A stretch of DNA of 13,845 nucleotides from an uncultured Acidobacteriota bacterium (GTDB lineage Bacteria; Acidobacteriota; UBA6911; RPQK01; JAPXNP01). Shown one piece after another: positions 8,495 to 13,845 of the stretch. The position numbers and the translations under genes were made by a program. How positions within the stretch are numbered: the stretch's first letter is position 1; every line of letters begins with the position of its first letter. The DNA is taken from positions 1 to 13,845 of the forward strand of contig CAVZRV010000024.1 of NCBI GenBank assembly GCA_963777605.1, given 5' to 3'. The notes under the pieces were generated by a model. The model was not told the DNA's origin. It did not search any database and saw nothing but the letters and a program-made list of their open reading frames with translations.

Positions 8495-10095
8495 GGACCT
8501 GGCGCTGGAGGCGCCTTGGTTTCAGCCAAGGGCTTGCCCTGGGTTTGTGGTCCTGCACTTCGATTGCGGCCTGTAAGGTCGCGCCGATTCTTCACGTCCG
8601 GAGAGCTGTGCCGCCCTTTCAGGGCTGGATTCTTGATGGGTGGGCCGTGAACCCAGGCAAATGCCTGGGCTGGAAACAGGCCCCCTTCAGGGGCCAGTCC
8701 GGCGCCGATCCCGTGATCATCACTCATCCACGTCTGGCACCGGACCGAGGAACCAGGATCCAGCCGATAATCACGTCCCTGGCTCTCCACCGATCGCCTC
8801 AATCCCCGTCCAGACGCATCCAATTCGTCCAGGTTCTTCAACTCATCCCAAATGAAGTTTCAGGTTAGCCCCGCCCCCGGCGCGCGCCGGATCATTCAGA
8901 GAGTGAAACTGGACCTGGCGCTGGAGGCGCCTTGGTTTCAGCCCAGGGCTTGCCCTGGGTTTGTGGTCCGGCAAATCGATTGCGGCCTGTAAGGTCGCGC
9001 CGATTCTTCACGTCCGGAGAGCTGTGCCGCCCTTTCAGGGCTGGATTCTTGATGGGTGGGCCGTGAACCCAGGCAAATGCCTGGGCTGGAAACAGGCCCC
9101 CTTCAGGGGCCAGTCCGGCGCCGATCCCGTGATCATCACTCATCCACGTCTGGCACCGGACCAGGAACCAGGATCCAGCCGATAATCACGTCCCTGGCTC
9201 TCCACCGATCGCCTCAATCCCCGTCCAGACGCATCCAATTCGTCCAGGTTCTTCAACTCATCCCAAATGAAGTTTCAAGTCAGCCCCGCCCCCGGCGGCG
9301 CCGGATCATTCAGAGAGTGAAACTGGACCTGGCGCTGGAGGCGCCTTGGTTTTCAGCCCAGGCTTGCCCTGGGTTTGTGGTCCTGCACTTCGATTGCGGC
9401 CTGTAAGGTCGCGCCGATTCTTCACGTCCGGAGAGCTGTGCCGCCCTTTCAGGGCTGGATTCTTGATGGGTGGGCCGTGAACCCAGGCAAATGCCTGGGC
9501 TGGGAACAGGCCCCCTTCAGGGGCCAGTCCGGCGCCGATCCCGTGATCATCACTCATCCACGTCTGGCACCGGACCAGGAACCAGGATCCAGCCGATAAT
9601 CACGTCCCTGGCTCTCCACCGATCGCCTCAATCCCCGTCCAGACGCATCCAATTCGTCCAGGTTCTTCAACTCATCCCAAATGAAGTTTCAAGTCAGCCC
9701 CGCCCCCGGCGGCGCCGGATCATTCAGAGAGTGAAACTGGACCTGGCGCTGGAGGCGCCTTGGTTTCAGCCCAGGGCTTGCCCTGGGTTTGTGGTCCTGC
9801 ACTTCGATTGCGGCCTGTAAGGTCGCGCCGATTCTTCACGTCCGGAGAGCTGTGCCGCCCTTTCAGGGCTGGATTCTTGATGGGTGGGCCGTGAACCCAG
9901 GCAAATGCCTGGGCTGGAAACAGGCCCCCTTCAGGGGCCAGTCCGGCGCCGATCCCGTGATCATCACTCATCCACGTCTGGCACCGGACCAGGAACCAGG
10001 ATCCAGCCGATAATCACGTCCCTGGCTCTCCACCGATCGCCTCAATCCCCGTCCAGACGCATCCAATTCGTCCAGGTTCTTCAACTCATCCCAAA
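8495..10095 (+). repeat. Four tandem type A non-coding cassettes (8495-8852, 8911-9267, 9325-9681, 9739-10095), period 414-415 bp
   Basis: Near-identical units with an inverted pair of REP-like palindrome clusters followed by a TCCA-rich tail; no conserved credible ORF. Confidence 0.92.
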
Positions 10096-10152
10096 TGAAG
10101 TTTCAAGTCAGCCCCGCCCCCGGCCGCCGCCGGACCATTCAAAGTGTGAAAC

Positions 10153-10181
10153 TTGCCGCGGCCGCATCAATCGATTAAAAT
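10153..10181 (+). promoter_or_regulatory. Sigma70-like promoter TTGCCG-N17-TAAAAT of the type B cassette (repeated at 10569-10597 and 10984-11012)
   Basis: -35 at 10153-10158, 17-bp spacer, -10 at 10176-10181, about 10 nt upstream of the RNA's terminal stem. Confidence 0.7.
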
Positions 10182-10190
10182 CCACTGCGC

Positions 10191-10353
10191 GGCATGAGCA
10201 GTGGCAGTTAAGACCCTCGAGGCACTGGCGCATTTTTGCCCCAAAGTCAGCTTGGTCCCGGGCTGTGCGATCATTCATTAGTGAGGCTCTTGGAGCACTC
10301 CTCAAGGTCAGAATAGACCATTCAGACAGCCACCCCGGGCCACCGTTCATGCC
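10191..10353 (+). ncRNA. Putative stand-alone bridge RNA, B1
   Basis: Terminal stem GGCATGAGCAGTGGC/GCCACCGTTCATGCC shows compensatory changes relative to the IS copy. Guide-like AAGTCAGC at 10244-10251 and GATCATTCA at 10269-10277. Confidence 0.72.
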
Positions 10354-10606
10354 CCTTTTGAAAAGCCTGCTCATGCGGATTCGCGGAGATTGGGCGTGGT
10401 GTCCCCATCACGCTCAAACGGCTCGATAGACGACTTTTTTCTCGCCACTCGCTGTTCTCAGCGGCAGCAGCATCTCTCACAGAATACAAGAGTTAGCGGA
10501 ATTGCCGAGATTGAAGTTTCAGGTCAGCCCCGCCCCCGGCCGCCGCCGGACCATTCAAAGTGTGAAACTTGCCGCGGCCGCATCAATCGATTAAAATCCA
10601 CTGCGC

Positions 10607-10769
10607 GGCATGAGCAGTGGCAGTTAAGACCCTCGAGGCACTGGCGCATTTTTGCCCCAAAGTCAGCTTGGTCCCGGGCTGTGCGATCATTCATTAGTGA
10701 GGCTCTTGGAGCACTCCTCAAGGTCAGAATAGACCATTCAGACAGCCACCCCGGGCCACCGTTCATGCC
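10607..10769 (+). ncRNA. Putative stand-alone bridge RNA, B2
   Basis: Copy of B1. Confidence 0.72.
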
Positions 10770-11021
10770 CCTTTTGAAAAGCTGTTCATGCGGATTCGCG
10801 GAGATTGGGCGTGGTGTCCCCATCACGCTCAAACGGCTCGATAGACGACTTTTTTCTCGCCACTCGCTGTTCTCAGCGGCAGCAGCATCTCTCACAGAAT
10901 ACAAGAGTTAGCGGAATTGCCGAGATTGAAGTTTCAGGTCAGCCCCGCCCCCGGCCGCCGCCGGACCATTCAAAGTGTGAAACTTGCCGCGGCCGCATCA
11001 ATCGATTAAAATCCACTGCGC

Positions 11022-11183
11022 GGCATGAGCAGTGGCAGTTAAGACCCTCGAGGCACTGGCGCATTTTTGCCCCAAAGTCAGCTTGGTCCCGGGCTGTGCG
11101 ATCATTCATTAGTGAGGCTCTTGGAGCACTCCTCAAGGTCAGAATAGACCATTCAGACAGCCACCCGGGCCACCGTTCATGCC
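11022..11183 (+). ncRNA. Putative stand-alone bridge RNA, B3
   Basis: Copy of B1 with a 1-nt homopolymer difference. Confidence 0.72.
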
Positions 11184-11397
11184 CCTTTTGAAAAGCCTGC
11201 TCATGCGGATTCGCGGAGATTGGCGTGGTGTCCCCATCACGCTCAAACGGCTCGATAGACGACTTTTTTCTCGCCACTCGCTGTTCTCAGCGGCAGCAGC
11301 ATCTCTCACAGAATACAAGAGTTAGCGGAATTGCCGAGATTGAAGTTTCAGGTCAGCCCCGCCCCCGGCGGCGCCGGACCATTCAGAGAGTGAAACT

Positions 11398-11670
11398 GGT
11401 GAAGCATCGCCAGATGAGCGCGCCAACGGCGCAGGGTCATTTCCAGCCCGGCGGCAACGCCCCGGGAATCGGAGCCAAGACGGCAATGCAGCACTGAAAG
11501 TGCGATTCAGTCCCGGCGGCGGACGATTTCAGAAGAACCCGGAAATCAAGAACCCTGGATTGAGAAGGTTCACTTCCGCCGGGCAAGCTGCCCGGCCGCC
11601 ATAAGGCAGGGATGCCTGGATTACTTTCCCTCCAGAAACGAGAAACCAGGAACCAGGAACTCATCCCGAT
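11398..11670 (+). other. Cassette C: unique non-coding unit with a REP-like palindrome cluster and heptamer repeats
   Basis: GCGCCAACGGCGC...CCAGCCCGGCGGCAACGCCCGGG...GCACTGAAAGTGC, hairpin CGGGCAAGCTGCCCG, tail AGAAACG-AGAAACC-AGGAACC-AGGAACT; flanked by standard array repeats. Confidence 0.75.
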
Positions 11671-11727
11671 TGAAGTTTCAAGTCAGCCCCGCCCCCGGCG
11701 GCGCCGGACCATTCAAAGAGTGAAACT

Positions 11728-12504
11728 GGACCTGGCGCTGGAGGCGCCTTGGTTTCAGCCCAGGGCTTGCCTTGGGTCTGTGGTCCCGGCAAGGCGATCG
11801 CGGCCTGTAAGGTCGCGCCGATTCTTCCGTCCGAAGAGCTGTTCAGCCCTTTCAGGGCTGGATTCTTGATGGGGGGGCCGTAAACCCAGGCAAATGCCTG
11901 AGCTGGAAACAGGCCCCCTTCGAGGGGCCCGCCCGGCGCCGATACCGTGATCATCACTCATCCACGTCTGGCACCGGACCCGGAACCAGGATCCAGCCGA
12001 TAATCACGTCCCTGGCTCTCCACCGATCGCCTCAATCCCCGTCCAGACGCATCCAATTCGTCCAGGTTCTTCAACTCATCCCAAATGAAGTTTCAAGTCA
12101 GCCCCGCCCCCGCGCCCTCCGTCGGATCATTCAGAGAGTGAAACTCGACCTGGCGCTGGAAGGCGCCTTGGTTTCAGACCAGGGCTTGCCCTGGGTTCGT
12201 GGTCCCGGCAAGGCGATCGCGGCCTGTAAGGTCGCGCCGATTCTTCACGTCCGGAGAGCTGTGCCGCCCTTTCAGGGCTGGATTCTTGATGGGTGGGCCG
12301 TGAACCCAGGCAAATGCCTGGGCTGGAAACAGGCCCCCTTCAGGGGCCAGTCCGGCGCCGATCCTGTGATCATCACTCATCCACGTCTGGCACCGGACCC
12401 GGAACCAGGATCCAGCCGATAATCACGTCCCTGGCTCTCCACCGATCGCCCGAATTCCCATCCAAACGCGTCCAAATCATCCAGTTCTTCCAGTTCATCC
12501 AAAT
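11728..12504 (+). repeat. Two more type A cassettes (11728-12085, 12146-12504)
   Basis: Same family. They share the variant 'GGTCCCGGCAAGGCGATCGC' with the 4417 copy rather than with the central four. Confidence 0.9.
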
Positions 12505-12548
12505 TGAAGTTTCAGGTCAGCGGCGCCCCTCCCGCTACGCGCGGAAGA

Positions 12549-12577
12549 TTCAAAGGGTGTGCCATGTGGGGTAGAAT
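12549..12577 (+). promoter_or_regulatory. Putative sigma70 promoter TTCAAA-N17-TAGAAT for the downstream epimerase gene, overlapping the terminal repeat
   Basis: TTCAAA at 12549-12554 and TAGAAT at 12572-12577, 35 nt before ATG 12613. Confidence 0.5.
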
Positions 12578-12612
12578 CGTGCTCAACAACTCCTGCGGAA
12601 GGAAAGATTTCC

Positions 12613-13528
12613 ATGAATAACGAATCTTCGCGTCGAGATTTTCTCAAGACTTCTGTGCCATGGTTGCGGGTGCGGGAATCATGAGTTCCCTGGCCGGTGC
12701 TCCTCCGGCGTGCGGCCGTACCAAAGAAGGCCAAGCTCACCAAGGGCGTGGTGTGGGGCACGCTGCCCGAAGAGCTCAGCTACGACGAGCGCCTGAAACT
12801 CGCCGCGGATGCGGGCTTCGAAGTGGTCGAAGGGTAACCGTAGAGGACCCGCGCGAGGCAGAAAAGATCAAGACGGCGGCGGAGAAAGCCGGAATCCACC
12901 TCAGTTCCGTGATGAACCAGGCTCATTGGCCTTACCCCCTCTCGAGCAGCGATCCCGAAGTCGTCAAGAAGAGCCTCGATGGCATGCGCACCTCGCTTCG
13001 CAACGCCTCCTTGTGGGGCGCCGACGCCGTATTACTTGTGCCTGCCGTGGTTGATGCAGGAACCCCCTACCGTACCGCGTACGAACGCTCGCAAAAACAC
13101 ATTCGGGAACTGATCCCCCTGGCCGAGGAATTGAAGGTAGCCATCGCGGTCGAGGAGGTCTGGAATAAGTTCCTGTTGAGCCCGATGGAATTTGCCAACT
13201 ACGTCGACGAGTTCAAGAGCCCCTGGGTCCGGGCCTATTTTGACGTCGGAAACGTGGTCATCTTCGGCTACCCGCAGGACTGGATCCGCACATTGGGCAG
13301 CCGGATCAAGAAGGTCCATCTGAAAGACTTCAAGGTCATGACCACGGGGTTCAGCCCCTTCAGCACCGAGTTCGTCAACCTTGGCGACGGCGACATCGAC
13401 TGGCCCGAGGTTCGCAAAGCCCTGGACGAGATCGGGTACGAAGGCACCGTGATCGCCGAACTCGACGCGGGCGACCTGCCTACCTGACCGACGTCCGCAA
13501 ACGGATCGACCGCCTGCTGATGATTTAG
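12613..13528 (+). CDS. Tat-exported sugar phosphate isomerase/epimerase (xylose isomerase-like TIM barrel / AP endonuclease 2 family), apparently frameshifted
   Basis: N-terminal MNNESSRRDFLK twin-arginine motif. Core motifs 'IAVEEVWNKFLLSP', 'YFDVGN', 'VHLKDF' and 'LGDGDIDW..V..AL..IGY.G'. Frame changes in the 5' part and near 13480; the shifted frame ends YLTDVRKRIDRLLMI-TAG 13528. Confidence 0.85.
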
Positions 13529-13845
13529 CCCCTTCCGGGGTCTGAACGTCTGCCGAGGTGTCCGAGCCTCTGCCCGGCCGGGCGCAGGACTTGGATTCTC
13601 AGGATCGATCGACGGGGGAAAGTCGCACGCCCGATATGGAAGTGCGCGAAGCGGCAGCTTCCGCTTTCTCCCGGCGTTAACGAGTTGCGATTGTCTTCGA
13701 AGGAAAGCGAACGACTGTCGCGTTGCCTCCTTTCGCGACGGCCGTAGCGCGGAAGTCTTGCCTGATCGCAGGGACGGTATTCCATCTCGCACTTTCAGTT
13801 CGCGACTGGCCATTCGGGGTTCCTGGATTCAATGATTCATCACTC

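Larger units (their letters stand above)
10154..11340 (+). mobile_element. Three tandem type B cassettes (10154-10511, 10570-10926, 10985-11340): non-autonomous units with a bridge-RNA homolog and no transposase
   Basis: The 5' half aligns with the IS110 leader (blocks GCACTGG, TTGCCCCAAAGTCAGC, GCGATCATTCATT, GCACTCC, GTCAGAAT). The 3' half is non-coding hairpins, with no recognisable transposase remnant. Confidence 0.85.
4005..12560 (+). repeat. Cassette array: 16 copies of a ~57-bp recombination-site-like direct repeat separating 15 cassettes
   Basis: Conserved copies at 4358-4416, 4773-4836, 5135-5192, 6787-6843, 8438-8494, 8853-8910, 9268-9324, 9682-9738, 10096-10153, 10512-10569, 10927-10984, 11341-11397, 11671-11727 and 12086-12145. 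Degenerate terminal copies at 4005-4061 and 12505-12560. Each conserved copy has terminal IR AGTTTCA...TGAAACT (one mismatch at 4773) and a GC-rich linker, usually a CCGGC...GCCGG hairpin. Confidence 0.95.

Noticed and set aside
4358-12145. Classical integron with attC sites
   Set aside because: No tyrosine integrase is in the window, the repeat lacks the RYYYAAC...GTTRRRY arrangement, and it instead matches the IS110 ends and leader RNA.
4005-12560. CRISPR array
   Set aside because: Intervening units are about 270-1600 bp, mostly repeated, and include genes; no cas genes are in the window.
8476-12574. Short ORFs (70-180 aa) in A, B and C cassettes
   Set aside because: They cross palindromes and repeats, their lengths vary between near-identical copies, and they lack RBS and domain features. 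A small peptide cannot be wholly excluded.
13529-13845. Hairpin CCCCTTCCGGGG after the epimerase and minus-strand ORFs 13268-13813 / 13525-13785
   Set aside because: The stem is short with no U-tract; the ORFs overlap the epimerase antisense and show no protein-like features.

Overview
GC-rich bacterial window. The flanks carry ordinary genes: a frameshifted CocE/NonD-family serine hydrolase (- strand), an operon of small membrane protein, ECF sigma factor and zinc-binding (HxxxCxxC) anti-sigma factor, and a frameshifted Tat-exported sugar-phosphate isomerase/epimerase. Between them (about 4005-12560) lies an 8.5-kb head-to-tail cassette array. It is punctuated by 16 copies (14 conserved, 2 degenerate terminal) of a ~57-bp site, TGAAGTTTCARGTCAG-CCCCGCCCCCGG(hairpin)CCGG-AYCATTCARAGWGTGAAACT, whose ends AGTTTCA/TGAAACT are inverted repeats. 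The 15 cassettes are: two intact IS110 recombinase units, each with a structured non-coding leader (putative bridge RNA); three protein-free units carrying a diverged copy of that RNA behind their own sigma70-like promoter; eight REP/REPIN-like non-coding units; and two one-off non-coding units. The RNA contains sequences identical to both halves of the array repeat. I infer an IS110/bridge-RNA-driven, integron-like cassette array with stand-alone bridge RNA genes; this is untested. Frequent indels in the flanking genes suggest uncorrected long-read errors, so copy numbers and single-base variants need read-level confirmation.
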